Part shown: piece after piece, positions 55,730 through 64,000 of the stretch | Position numbering within the stretch: the stretch's first letter is position 1 | How the letters are laid out: the number at the start of each line of letters is the position of its first letter | Assembly (NCBI GenBank): GCA_963804565.1 | Contig: CAWDQV010000001.1 | Coordinates: forward strand, 229,134-293,133 | Direction of reading: 5' to 3' | From: Candidatus Dormiibacterota bacterium | GTDB lineage: Bacteria > Chloroflexota > Dormibacteria > Aeolococcales > Bog-877 | Length of the DNA: 64,000 nt | Program-made: the position numbers and the translations under genes | Notes under the pieces: generated by a model | The model's database searches: none | Seen by the model: the letters and a program-made list of their open reading frames with translations, nothing else | What the model was told of the DNA's origin: nothing

Positions 55730-56710
55730 CTAGCGATCTCCCTTCACGAAAAGCTCCTCGACCTCTTCCTCGGTCACGAAGCCTCGAGACACCAGCTTCT
55801 GCTTGATCTCGTCCAGGGACTTGGCCCCGAAGTTACGCAGCGCCAGCAGCTCTTCGATCCGCATCGCGAGCAGCTCGCCGAGCTTGGTGATGTCGTTGGC
55901 CTTGAGACAGTTGAGGGCCCGCACGCTCAGCTCCAGCTCGTCAACCGGCACGTCGGCCAGCCGGCTCTTGAGGTCGGTCCCCACGACTGCTCCCGCCGCC
56001 GACTCAGTGATGCTCTCGCCGAAGCTGGCGAACAGACTGAGGTGCCGGGTGTAGTACTCCGCCGCCCGGCTGACCGCCTCGACCGGGGGAATGGTGCCGT
56101 TGGTCCAGATCTCGAGGATCAGCTTCTCCCAGTCGGTGTCCTGACCTACCCGGGTCTTCTCGACCAGGAAATTGGCCTTGACGACCGGGGTGAAGATGGC
56201 GTCGACCGGGATCACCCCAATCGGCTGGCCTTCCTTCTTGTTCCGATCCGATGGCGCGTAGCCCTTCCCCAGCTCCACGGTGAGGTCCATGCGCAGCTTG
56301 GCGTGGGCCCCATCTAGGGTGCAGAGGTAGAGGTCGGGATTGGCGATCTCGACGTCGGCGTTTGGAGCGATGTCGGCCGCAGTCACTCTCCGACCACCCT
56401 GGACGTCCAGCGACAGGCGGGCGCCCTCGGGGTTGTGGCAGGTGAGACTCAGCTGCTTGATGTTGAGCAGGATCTCCCCCACGTCCTCCTTGACGTATTT
56501 GATGCTGGAGAACTCGTGGGCGACTCCTTCGATCGAGACGGCGGTGACCGCCGCTCCGGTGAGCGACGACAGCAGGACCCGCCGCAGGGAGTTGCCCAGT
56601 GTGGTTCCGTATCCGGCCTCTAGCGGCTCGATCTCAAATCGCCCGTGGTCCCTGGAGGCTTCCACCTCGTGGACCGCCGGCTGAATCGCAGTCTCTGGCA
56701 TAAGTAGCAA
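55730..56710 (-). CDS. rpoA: RNA polymerase alpha subunit
   Basis: EPLEAGYGTTLGNSLRRVLLSS, LSVRALNCL, RNFGAKSLDEI. Confidence 0.98.
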   Translation of the reverse strand: MLLMPETAIQPAVHEVEASRDHGRFEIEPLEAGYGTTLGNSLRRVLLSSLTGAAVTAVSIEGVAHEFSSIKYVKEDVGEILLNIKQLSLTCHNPEGARLSLDVQGGRRVTAADIAPNADVEIANPDLYLCTLDGAHAKLRMDLTVELGKGYAPSDRNKKEGQPIGVIPVDAIFTPVVKANFLVEKTRVGQDTDWEKLILEIWTNGTIPPVEAVSRAAEYYTRHLSLFASFGESITESAAGAVVGTDLKSRLADVPVDELELSVRALNCLKANDITKLGELLAMRIEELLALRNFGAKSLDEIKQKLVSRGFVTEEEVEELFVKGDR

Positions 56711-56744
56711 TGTCCTCGTTACTGGCTGGCCGAAGGGTCTCTAG

Positions 56745-57378
56745 TTATCGGGAGTAGTACTCGACGATTAGTTGCTCGTCGATGCTGGAATCCATCTCCT
56801 GGCGTTCCGGCAAGCGGACCACGTCCACACGCCGCTCATCCGGGTACAGCGTCATCCATCCGGGCAGGCCCTGGCCGCCCCGCGACTCCAGAGACCTGCG
56901 AATCGGCTCGAGATCGCGGCTGCGTTCACGAACCGTCACCACCTGGCCGGACTTCACCTGGAAGGCAGGGATGTTGACCGTCCGACCGTCGACCTTGAAG
57001 TGCCGGTGCGAGACGAGCTGCCGTGCCTCTCTGCGGGACGAGGCGAAACCGGCCCGGTAGACGACGTTGTCGAGGCGCTGCTCCAGCATCTGCAGGAGGA
57101 CGGTTCCGGTGACTCCCTTGCGAGCGGCGGCATCGTCGAAGTAGTTCTGGAATTGGGTCTCCAATACGCCGAACACCCTTCGGCCCCGCTGCTTGGCGCG
57201 CAACTGGATGCCGTAGTCACTGATCCGCCGCCGCCTCGACAGTCCGTGCTGGCCCGGGGGGGTGGCATTGCGCTTGGTGAAGGTGCATCGCTCCCCCAGG
57301 CACTTGTCGCCCTTGAGAAAGAGCTTTACCCCCTCGCGCCGGCAAAGCCGGCATACGGGTCGCATGTGGATTGGCCAT
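56745..57378 (-). CDS. rpsD: 30S ribosomal protein S4, Zn-binding type (probable indel in the first codons)
   Basis: [35 protein letters not shown]. Confidence 0.96.
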
Positions 57379-57390
57379 CTGGGCTAGCCC

Positions 57391-57787
57391 TCAGACCCGG
57401 CGCCGCTTGGGAGGGCGGCATCCGTTGTGGGGAATCGGGGTGACATCGGTGATCGAGGTCACCTCGAGGCCGGCAGCCTGCAGTGATCGGATAGCGGCCT
57501 CGCGGCCTGCTCCCGGACCCTTGACCAGGACCTCGATCGCCTTGAGTCCGTGTTCCATCGCCCGCTTGGCAGCCTGCCTCGGCGGTCACCTGCGCGGCGA
57601 AGGGAGTGCTCTTGCGCGAGCCCTTGAAACCCGAGGAACCCGCACTGCCCCAGGCGATCACGTTACCGGTCGGGTCGGTGAGGGTCACGATCGTGTTGTT
57701 GAACGTGCTGAACACATGAGCGCGTCCGACCGCAATGTTCTTGCGCTCACGACGGCGAGTCCTGACAACCTTCTTCTTCTTCGCCAA
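57391..57787 (-). CDS. rpsK: 30S ribosomal protein S11 (frameshift near 57575)
   Basis: [23 protein letters not shown], then GPGAGRE and [12 protein letters not shown] in the shifted frame. Confidence 0.95.
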
Positions 57788-57835
57788 GTCAGCTCCTCGA
57801 GCTCGATAGCGGCAACCGCACGGCCCGGACCTCGG

Positions 57836-58219
57836 TCACTTGCCCTTCTTCCGGCGCACGCCCACGGTCTTGCGCGGGCCACGGCGCGACCTGGCGTTGG
57901 TCCGGGTCCGCTGCCCCCGGACCGGAAGTCCCCGTCGGTGGCGCAGCCCCCGGTAGGTACCGATCTCCATCAGCCGCTTGATGTTGAGCGCCACCTGGCG
58001 CCGAAGATCACCCTCGACCCGCCCGGGCAGCTCCTTGGCGATCACGTCCCGCAGCCGCACCACCTGAGGCTCACTCAAGTCGTCGGTCTTGGTGTTCTGA
58101 TCGATCTGAGCGATGCGGAGCAGCCTGTGGCTCGTCGTGCGCCCGATACCGTACACGTAGGTGAGGCCGATCTCAATCCGCTTGCCGCGCGGGAGGTCGA
58201 CGCCAGCGATTCGGGCCAT
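57836..58219 (-). CDS. rpsM: 30S ribosomal protein S13
   Basis: [32 protein letters not shown]. Confidence 0.98.
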   Translation of the reverse strand: MARIAGVDLPRGKRIEIGLTYVYGIGRTTSHRLLRIAQIDQNTKTDDLSEPQVVRLRDVIAKELPGRVEGDLRRQVALNIKRLMEIGTYRGLRHRRGLPVRGQRTRTNARSRRGPRKTVGVRRKKGK

Positions 58220-58232
58220 CAGTTCTTCAGCC

Positions 58233-58346
58233 TCATCCTTGTCGCTGCTTGTGCTTGGGGTTCTCGCAGATCACGCGCACAGTGCCAGAGCGACGAATGA
58301 CCTTGCACTTGTCGCAGATCCTCTTCACCGAGGCCCGCACCTTCAT
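58233..58346 (-). CDS. rpmJ: 50S ribosomal protein L36 (Zn-binding type)
   Basis: Manual translation [37 protein letters not shown]. Confidence 0.97.
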   Translation of the reverse strand: MKVRASVKRICDKCKVIRRSGTVRVICENPKHKQRQG

Positions 58347-58369
58347 CTCACACTCCGCTGCACTGCTTG

Positions 58370-58594
58370 TCAGACCAACCGAGCCAGGATCCTGCCCCTC
58401 CCCGGATCCGTGGTCGACAGTTCGACCAGAACCCGATCTCCGGGTAGGAGCCGCACGCTCGCCAAGCGCGCCCGTCCCGCCGCGTGAGCCACCACCTTGC
58501 CCCCACTCTCCAACTCCACCCGGAAGAGCGAGTTCGGCAAAGGCTCAAGGACTCTGCCCCGGAGGCCGCCGAGGTCATTCATGGTGATGGGCAC
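58370..58594 (-). CDS. infA: Translation initiation factor IF-1 (divergent)
   Basis: [23 protein letters not shown]; canonical position between map and rpmJ. Confidence 0.88.
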   Translation of the reverse strand: MPITMNDLGGLRGRVLEPLPNSLFRVELESGGKVVAHAAGRARLASVRLLPGDRVLVELSTTDPGRGRILARLV

Positions 58595-58658
58595 ACTAAA
58601 GCTGAGCGAGCTTCGCCCGGCGGAAAGTATAGCTGATCTGGGAAGTCGACGGAATCGA

Positions 58659-59417
58659 TCAATGCACAGCGGGACGGGCGGTCAGGACCTCAGCGCCGTC
58701 GACCCCGATCGCGATGGTGTGCTCGAAGTAGCATGAGCGCCTTTGGTCGGCGGTGATCACCGTCCAGCCGTCCGGCTCGATCATGGTTCCCGGCTTGCCT
58801 TCGTTGACGATGGGCTCGATCGCCAGGCAGAGCCCCGGCCGAATCTCGATGCCCCGGCCTGGGGTCCCGAAATTGGGCACGTCGGGGTCCTCGTGCATAT
58901 CCCTGCCAATGCCATGGCCGGTGTAGCCCCGGACCACCGAGTAGCCGTTCTTCTCCACGTGGGTCTGGACGGCATGCCCTATATCGCCCAAGTGGTTGCC
59001 GGGAACGGCGGCAGCGATTCCCAGGTCGAGCGCCTCCTTGGTGACTTGGATCAGGCGGGCGGATGCAGGGTCTACCTGCCCGCAGGCGACAGTCAGCCCG
59101 GCGTCCGCCCACCACCCGCGGTAGATCAGGCCGCAGTCGAGGCTGACGATGTCCCCCTCGTTGATCCGACGGCCGTCGGGGATGCCGTGCACCACCTGGT
59201 CGTTCACCGAGATGCAAAGATGCTTGGGGAATCCGTCGTACCCGAGGAACCCGGGAAAGCTGTCCCTCTTCCGTATCTCCCGATTGGCGACGCGATCGAT
59301 CTCCGTCGTGGTCACCCCGGGCGTGACCATCTCTGCCAGTACCTCGAGTACCTCGCCGAGCCTCCCGCCGGCCTGCCTCATCAGGTCGACTTCATCGCCA
59401 CGCTTGAGAGTGATCAC
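58659..59417 (-). CDS. map: Methionine aminopeptidase type I
   Basis: VVHGIP, GDIVSLD, GHGIG..MHEDP, AIEP, FEHT. Confidence 0.97.
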   Translation of the reverse strand: MITLKRGDEVDLMRQAGGRLGEVLEVLAEMVTPGVTTTEIDRVANREIRKRDSFPGFLGYDGFPKHLCISVNDQVVHGIPDGRRINEGDIVSLDCGLIYRGWWADAGLTVACGQVDPASARLIQVTKEALDLGIAAAVPGNHLGDIGHAVQTHVEKNGYSVVRGYTGHGIGRDMHEDPDVPNFGTPGRGIEIRPGLCLAIEPIVNEGKPGTMIEPDGWTVITADQRRSCYFEHTIAIGVDGAEVLTARPAVH

Positions 59418-59992
59418 TCGATCGCCTGGAGGACCGCCTCAGTGACTTCCTCGACCGGGCGGGCTCCGTCGATACGTACTACCGTGAGCGTTTGGGACAA
59501 GTACTCGAGAACCGGCTCGGTCTCGTCGTGGTAGATCCTGAGCCGCTCCGCGATCACCTCTGGCGTGTCGTCGCTCCGGTCCTCCTGGCGCGCCCTTCGG
59601 GCCAGGCGAGCGACCAACTGGTCATCTGGCACCTCCAGCACCACCGCGATATCGAGAGGTCTCTCTACCTGAGCTAGCAATTCCATTAGCGCCTTGGCCT
59701 GGGCGACGGTCCTCGGGAAGCCGTCGAGAACGAATCCGGCGTCCGCCTGGGGGCCGGCGAGCCGGTGTCGGATCATCGCCACGATCACCTCGTCCGGGAC
59801 CAGCTTGCCGGCATCCAGGTAGGCCGCCAGCGTCTGGCCGAGCTCCGATCCGAGGGCCCGCTCTTGACGGAGCATCTCCCCGGTTGCGATGTGTTCCACC
59901 CCGAGCTCGCGCTCCAGATAGACCGCCTGGGTTCCCTTGCCCGACCCAGCCGGCCCGAACAGCGCCAGATTGTGTCTGGCCACATCAGTCAC
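59414..59992 (-). CDS. adk: Adenylate kinase (short-LID type)
   Basis: GPAGSGKGTQ, LVPD, LDGFPRT, RSDD. Confidence 0.96.
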   Translation of the reverse strand: MTDVARHNLALFGPAGSGKGTQAVYLERELGVEHIATGEMLRQERALGSELGQTLAAYLDAGKLVPDEVIVAMIRHRLAGPQADAGFVLDGFPRTVAQAKALMELLAQVERPLDIAVVLEVPDDQLVARLARRARQEDRSDDTPEVIAERLRIYHDETEPVLEYLSQTLTVVRIDGARPVEEVTEAVLQAIE

Positions 59993-60006
59993 TCTGTCTT
60001 GCCCGG

Positions 60007-61359
60007 TCAGTGGATGAAACCTCGGTACTGGCGCATCAGAAGTTGGGTTTCAAGCTGCTTCATGGTGTCCAGGGATACTCCCACCACGATCAGCACCGCA
60101 GTCCCCCCCAGATAGAGTCCCTGGTTCGGCTGTTGCCCGGTGGCGAGGGCCGCCACGATGGGTAACACCACAGTGATCAGGCCCAAGAATATGGCTCCAG
60201 CCAAGGTAATTCTGCTCATCACCCGGGCCAGGTACTGCGCCGTCGCCCGTCCCGGGCGAATCCCCGGGATGAAGGTGGCGCTCTTCTTCAAGTTGTCGGC
60301 TGCATCCTCGGGGTCGAAGGTGACCGCGGTGTAGAAGAAGGTGAAGCCCATGATCAGCGCGAAATAGATGACCTCGTAGCCGATGTCGACCCAGACGATA
60401 GGCCCGAAGGGATCCCAGTTGGTGTGCACCCAGATGGCCGCTGCCCCGATCACGCCACCTCCGGTACCGCTGGCCGGAGAGAAGAAATTGCCGAAAATGG
60501 TGGGGAAAAACATGATCGAGATGGCGAAGATGATGGGGATCACCCCGGCTTGATTGACCCGCAGCGGCAAGAAGCTACTACGGCCCTGGTATACCTGCCG
60601 GCCCACCACTCGCTGGGCTGACTGGATCGGGATCTTCCGCGTTGCCTGCTGGACGAAGATGATCCCTCCGGCAACCAGGATGCCAATCACGGCGAGCATG
60701 AAGACGGTGAAGATCTCGGCCGTCCCACCGTTGGTGAACGACAGCACTGCCCCGGGAACCTGGCCCAGGATGCCGGCCATGATGATGATCGACACGCCGT
60801 TGCCGATTCCGTACTCGGTGATCAACTCGCCGAACCACATGATCACGATCGTGCCCCCGGCCAGGATGACGACGATCTCCAGGATGGTTGGCCAGGAGGT
60901 GGACGGCGACAGGATCGTCTGACCGTTATAGCTGTAGCTCTCGAACAGGCGGGTGTAGCCGAATCCCTGTATCAGGGCCAGACCAACAGTCAGATAGCGC
61001 GCGTACTGGGTGAGCCGCCGCCGCCCAAGGTCACCTTCCTTCGACATCTCCTTGACCCGCGTGGAGATGACGGTCATCAACTGCATGATGATGGTGGCGT
61101 TGATGTATGGGTTCAGCCCCAACGCTACGATCGAGATTCCGGCGTTAGACCCGGTTGCGAAGCCGCTGCCAGAGAACAGGTTGACCAACCCCAGCAATCC
61201 GTTGGTGCTGAAGAGCTCCCGGAGAGCGGCGCCGTTGACTCCCGGGATCGTGATCGTGGCCAGGGCTCGGAAGACGACGATGAGCCCGATGGTGATGAGC
61301 AGCTTGCGCCTAAGCTCGGGAACCCCCATGGCGGCGCGGAGCGCCGCGAACAGGCTCAT
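60007..61359 (-). CDS. secY: Preprotein translocase subunit SecY
   Basis: ALGLNPYINATII, GIGNGVS, AGVIPIIFA, FIPGIRPG. Confidence 0.98.
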   Translation of the reverse strand: MSLFAALRAAMGVPELRRKLLITIGLIVVFRALATITIPGVNGAALRELFSTNGLLGLVNLFSGSGFATGSNAGISIVALGLNPYINATIIMQLMTVISTRVKEMSKEGDLGRRRLTQYARYLTVGLALIQGFGYTRLFESYSYNGQTILSPSTSWPTILEIVVILAGGTIVIMWFGELITEYGIGNGVSIIIMAGILGQVPGAVLSFTNGGTAEIFTVFMLAVIGILVAGGIIFVQQATRKIPIQSAQRVVGRQVYQGRSSFLPLRVNQAGVIPIIFAISIMFFPTIFGNFFSPASGTGGGVIGAAAIWVHTNWDPFGPIVWVDIGYEVIYFALIMGFTFFYTAVTFDPEDAADNLKKSATFIPGIRPGRATAQYLARVMSRITLAGAIFLGLITVVLPIVAALATGQQPNQGLYLGGTAVLIVVGVSLDTMKQLETQLLMRQYRGFIH

Positions 61360-61389
61360 GTCGAGCTGTCCTGCCCTCCGCCCTGCGGC

Positions 61390-61947
61390 TCAGCGGCCTC
61401 GGGCTCCGGTTCCAGCTCTTCCGCAGCCTGAGCTTTGGCTCGCGTCTCGGATCGCTTCTTTTGAGCCGCCGTGGGTTGAGCCTCCTCGACAGCTCTCGCG
61501 GGCGTCCAACAGCTCTACGCTTCCACCCGCCTCGGCGATAGCCCCCAGGGCCGCCTTGCTCGCCCGATTGACCCGGATGGTCACAGCGGGCGGAGCGCCG
61601 CCGCCGGCAAGCAACTTGGTCGGTTGGTTCAGGTGACGGATCAGCCCGGCCTTGCGCAGCCCTTCGGCGTCGACGACCGCACCCGCCTCGAAACGAGCCA
61701 ACTTGCCACAGTTGACCACCTGGTACTCGACGCGGAAGCGGTTGTAAAAGCCGCGGAGTTTGGGAACCCGCTGGGTGAGGGGCATCTGCCCGCCCTCGAA
61801 GCCCCGGGGGAGACTCCAGGAGCTCCTGGACCCCTGACCCTTCTGGCCGCGGCCAGCGGTCTTGCCGCCCCCGGCGGAGATCCCGCGACCCACGCGCTTG
61901 CGGGTGCGCCTACTTCCGACCGCCGGCTTTAGGTCGTCCAGCCTCAC
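61390..61947 (-). CDS. rplO: 50S ribosomal protein L15 (C-terminal extension possibly frameshifted)
   Basis: [25 protein letters not shown]. Confidence 0.94.
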   Translation of the reverse strand: MRLDDLKPAVGSRRTRKRVGRGISAGGGKTAGRGQKGQGSRSSWSLPRGFEGGQMPLTQRVPKLRGFYNRFRVEYQVVNCGKLARFEAGAVVDAEGLRKAGLIRHLNQPTKLLAGGGAPPAVTIRVNRASKAALGAIAEAGGSVELLDARESCRGGSTHGGSKEAIRDASQSSGCGRAGTGARGR

Positions 61948-62186
61948 TTCGGCCGTCCCCGACCCGGGCCTACCTTGGCCGCGGCGGGAGCCGCCGCGAC
62001 CGGTTCCACCACGACCAGGTGGCGCACCGCTGCGACCATGCCGCGGACCGAGGGGGAGTTCTGGTGGTCCACTGATTGATGCAGGCGGCGGAGCCCCAAG
62101 GCCCGGATTGTCCGCTTCTGGTCATCGCCATAGCCGATCGCGCTCTTCACCCAGGTGACCCGCAACCCCTGCGGTTCGTCAGTCAC
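61944..62186 (-). CDS. rpmD: 50S ribosomal protein L30
   Basis: [23 protein letters not shown]. Confidence 0.95.
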   Translation of the reverse strand: MTDEPQGLRVTWVKSAIGYGDDQKRTIRALGLRRLHQSVDHQNSPSVRGMVAAVRHLVVVEPVAAAPAAAKVGPGRGRPK

Positions 62187-62739
62187 CGACCGCCTCCTCG
62201 GAGCCGACGGCCGCCTGAGAGGGCCGGAGTCCGATCTCGGCCAGTGTCTTTCCTCTGAGCCGCGCCACGGTCTCCGCCGTGCGCAGTTCCCGCAAGGCCG
62301 ACATGGTCGCTCTCACGGTGTTTATCGGATTGTCGGTACCCAGCGACTTGGTGAGGATGTCCTTGATCCCGGCCAGCTCCACGACGTGACGCATGGCCCC
62401 CCCGGAGATCACCCCGGTCCCCGGCGAGGCTGGCCGCAGTAGAACCTTGGCCGCTCCCTGCTTTCGCAGGACCTCGTGGGGGATGGTCCGCCCGACCATC
62501 GGCACCCGGATCATGTGCTTCTTGGCGTCGTCGACCCCCTTGCGGATCGCCTCAGGGACTTCGCCCGCTTTGCCCAGGCCAGCTCCCACCCGGCCCGCGC
62601 CGTCTCCGACCACCACCAGTGCGCTGAAGGAGAACCGGCGCCCCCCTTTGACCACCTTGGCGACCCGGTTGAGGCTGACCACCCGCTCGGTCAGGTCTCC
62701 TCTCGCGTCCCGGTCGGGACGCGCCATGTTCATGCTCAT
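62179..62739 (-). CDS. rpsE: 30S ribosomal protein S5
   Basis: [29 protein letters not shown]. Confidence 0.98.
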   Translation of the reverse strand: MSMNMARPDRDARGDLTERVVSLNRVAKVVKGGRRFSFSALVVVGDGAGRVGAGLGKAGEVPEAIRKGVDDAKKHMIRVPMVGRTIPHEVLRKQGAAKVLLRPASPGTGVISGGAMRHVVELAGIKDILTKSLGTDNPINTVRATMSALRELRTAETVARLRGKTLAEIGLRPSQAAVGSEEAVGD

Positions 62740-62749
62740 CAAATAGCCT

Positions 62750-63106
62750 TCAGAATTCCAGACCGGCCTCGCGGGCCGCGTCGGCTAGGGCTTGGACCCG
62801 CCCATGGTACAGGTAGCCTCCGCGATCGAAGACCACCTGCTTGATCCCCGCCGCGATCGCCCGCTCGCCGACCGTCTTGCCGACCACGGCGGCGCTAGCC
62901 CGATTGGCACCCTTGGTGGTCAGCGCCCGCTCCGCTGTGCTGGCCGACGCCAGGGTGCGACCGCTGCCGTCATCGACCACCTGGGCATAGACGTGCCGAA
63001 GGCTGTGATAGACGCAGAGGCGCGGTCTCGAGCTGGACCCGACTACTCGGGAGCGCACCCGCCGGTGTCGGCGTTGGCGGGCTCCCTCTCTTTCAACTTG
63101 AGGCAT
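62750..63106 (-). CDS. rplR: 50S ribosomal protein L18
   Basis: [28 protein letters not shown]. Confidence 0.97.
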   Translation of the reverse strand: MPQVEREGARQRRHRRVRSRVVGSSSRPRLCVYHSLRHVYAQVVDDGSGRTLASASTAERALTTKGANRASAAVVGKTVGERAIAAGIKQVVFDRGGYLYHGRVQALADAAREAGLEF

Positions 63107-63108
63107 GC

Positions 63109-63657
63109 CTAGGTCTTGGCCCCCTTGCCGCTCTTGCCTGCCTTGCGCCGCACGACCTCACCCCGGTACCGCACCCCCTTGCCCTTGTACGGCTCGGGCT
63201 TGCGCGCCGCCCGGATCCGGGCCGCGGTCTGTCCCACCATCTGCTTGTCGTTTCCCAGCACGGCGACCCGCGTCGGCTCGGGGACCTCGATCTTGATCCC
63301 CTCCGGTGGAGTCATCCGGATGGGGTGGGAGTAGCCCAAGGCCAACTGGAGGTCTCCACCCTGCAGCGAGGCCCGATATCCGACCCCTTGCAACTCGAGT
63401 TCCTTACGGTAGCCGACAGTGACCCCTTGGACCATGTTGGCCACCAGGGTTCTGGTGAGTCCATGCAGCGAGCGGTGGGGCGCTGAGTCGGTCGGGCGTT
63501 CCACCAGAACCTGGCCACCCTCCTGGCGGACTGTGATCACCGGTGGAAGGTCGCGACTCAGCTCACCCCGCGGCCCCACCACCGAAACCGAGTTTCCGAC
63601 CACGGTTACGGTCACCCCCTCGGGCACGGTAATGGGCGCGCGTCCGATCCTTGACAT
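63109..63657 (-). CDS. rplF: 50S ribosomal protein L6
   Basis: [26 protein letters not shown]. Confidence 0.98.
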   Translation of the reverse strand: MSRIGRAPITVPEGVTVTVVGNSVSVVGPRGELSRDLPPVITVRQEGGQVLVERPTDSAPHRSLHGLTRTLVANMVQGVTVGYRKELELQGVGYRASLQGGDLQLALGYSHPIRMTPPEGIKIEVPEPTRVAVLGNDKQMVGQTAARIRAARKPEPYKGKGVRYRGEVVRRKAGKSGKGAKT

Positions 63658-63664
63658 CAGCTGG

Positions 63665-64000
63665 CTACCAGACCTCGGCTAGGACTTCACCGCCCAGGCG
63701 CTGCTGCCTCGCCTCTCGGCCGGTCATGATCCCCTTGGAGGTCGAGACCACCGAAACCCCGAGCCCCCCGAAGACCCGGGGGATCGACTGACTGCCCCGA
63801 TAGACGCGCAGACCGGGTCGACTGACCCGGCGCAACCCGGTCAATGGCCGTCCCTGCGGAGTGATCCGCTTGAACTCCAGCCAAAGCCTGGGGTGGCCTT
63901 CCGAGTCAGTCAGCCCGAAGGCCTGGATGTAGCCCTCGTCCTGGAGGACACGGGCTATCTCCGCCTTCACCTTGCTGGCCGGCATCTCAACCCGGTCGTG
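63665..64000 (-). CDS. rpsH: 30S ribosomal protein S8 (5' end outside the window)
   Basis: LQDEGYI, SRPGLRVY, STSKGIMT, GGEVLAEVW. Confidence 0.97.
   Translation of the reverse strand, partial: HDRVEMPASKVKAEIARVLQDEGYIQAFGLTDSEGHPRLWLEFKRITPQGRPLTGLRRVSRPGLRVYRGSQSIPRVFGGLGVSVVSTSKGIMTGREARQQRLGGEVLAEVW

Overview
High-GC bacterial chromosome segment with Terrabacteria-type gene order. A Chloroflexota/Dormibacterota-like origin is plausible but cannot be proven from this window. About 55 kb is housekeeping DNA, mostly on the minus strand: the distal spc and alpha ribosomal operons (rpsH to rplQ), truA, rplM-rpsI, argF, cdaA-cdaR-glmS, an acpS-nnrD fusion, alr, a thiE-thiS fusion, thiG, thiL, tsaE-tsaB-rimI-tsaD, CIRCE-groES-groEL, a nitrilase, pcrA, ligA, gatCAB, rlmD, dnaE, polA-mutM, uvrB, osmC and uvrA. 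Many essential genes are split by single-base indels, most likely long-read assembly errors. A ~5.7 kb accessory stretch follows tRNA-Leu(CAA) at 14.3-20.0 kb. Its best signal is an ORF missing from the supplied track: a 35-codon Cys/acidic-rich peptide (MDVCDCPDGACECDCDCCG..., 15921-16028, minus strand). It has an AGGAG RBS and a TTGACA-N17-TACCAT promoter, is divergent from an ArsR/SmtB repressor, and is overlapped by two operator-like palindromes, making it a candidate mini-metallothionein or ribosomal phytochelatin mimic. The same stretch holds a degenerate duplicate of the tRNA 3' half, a RelA/SpoT-domain protein with substituted conserved histidines, a MarR lacking its wing arginines, and several structured intergenic segments.
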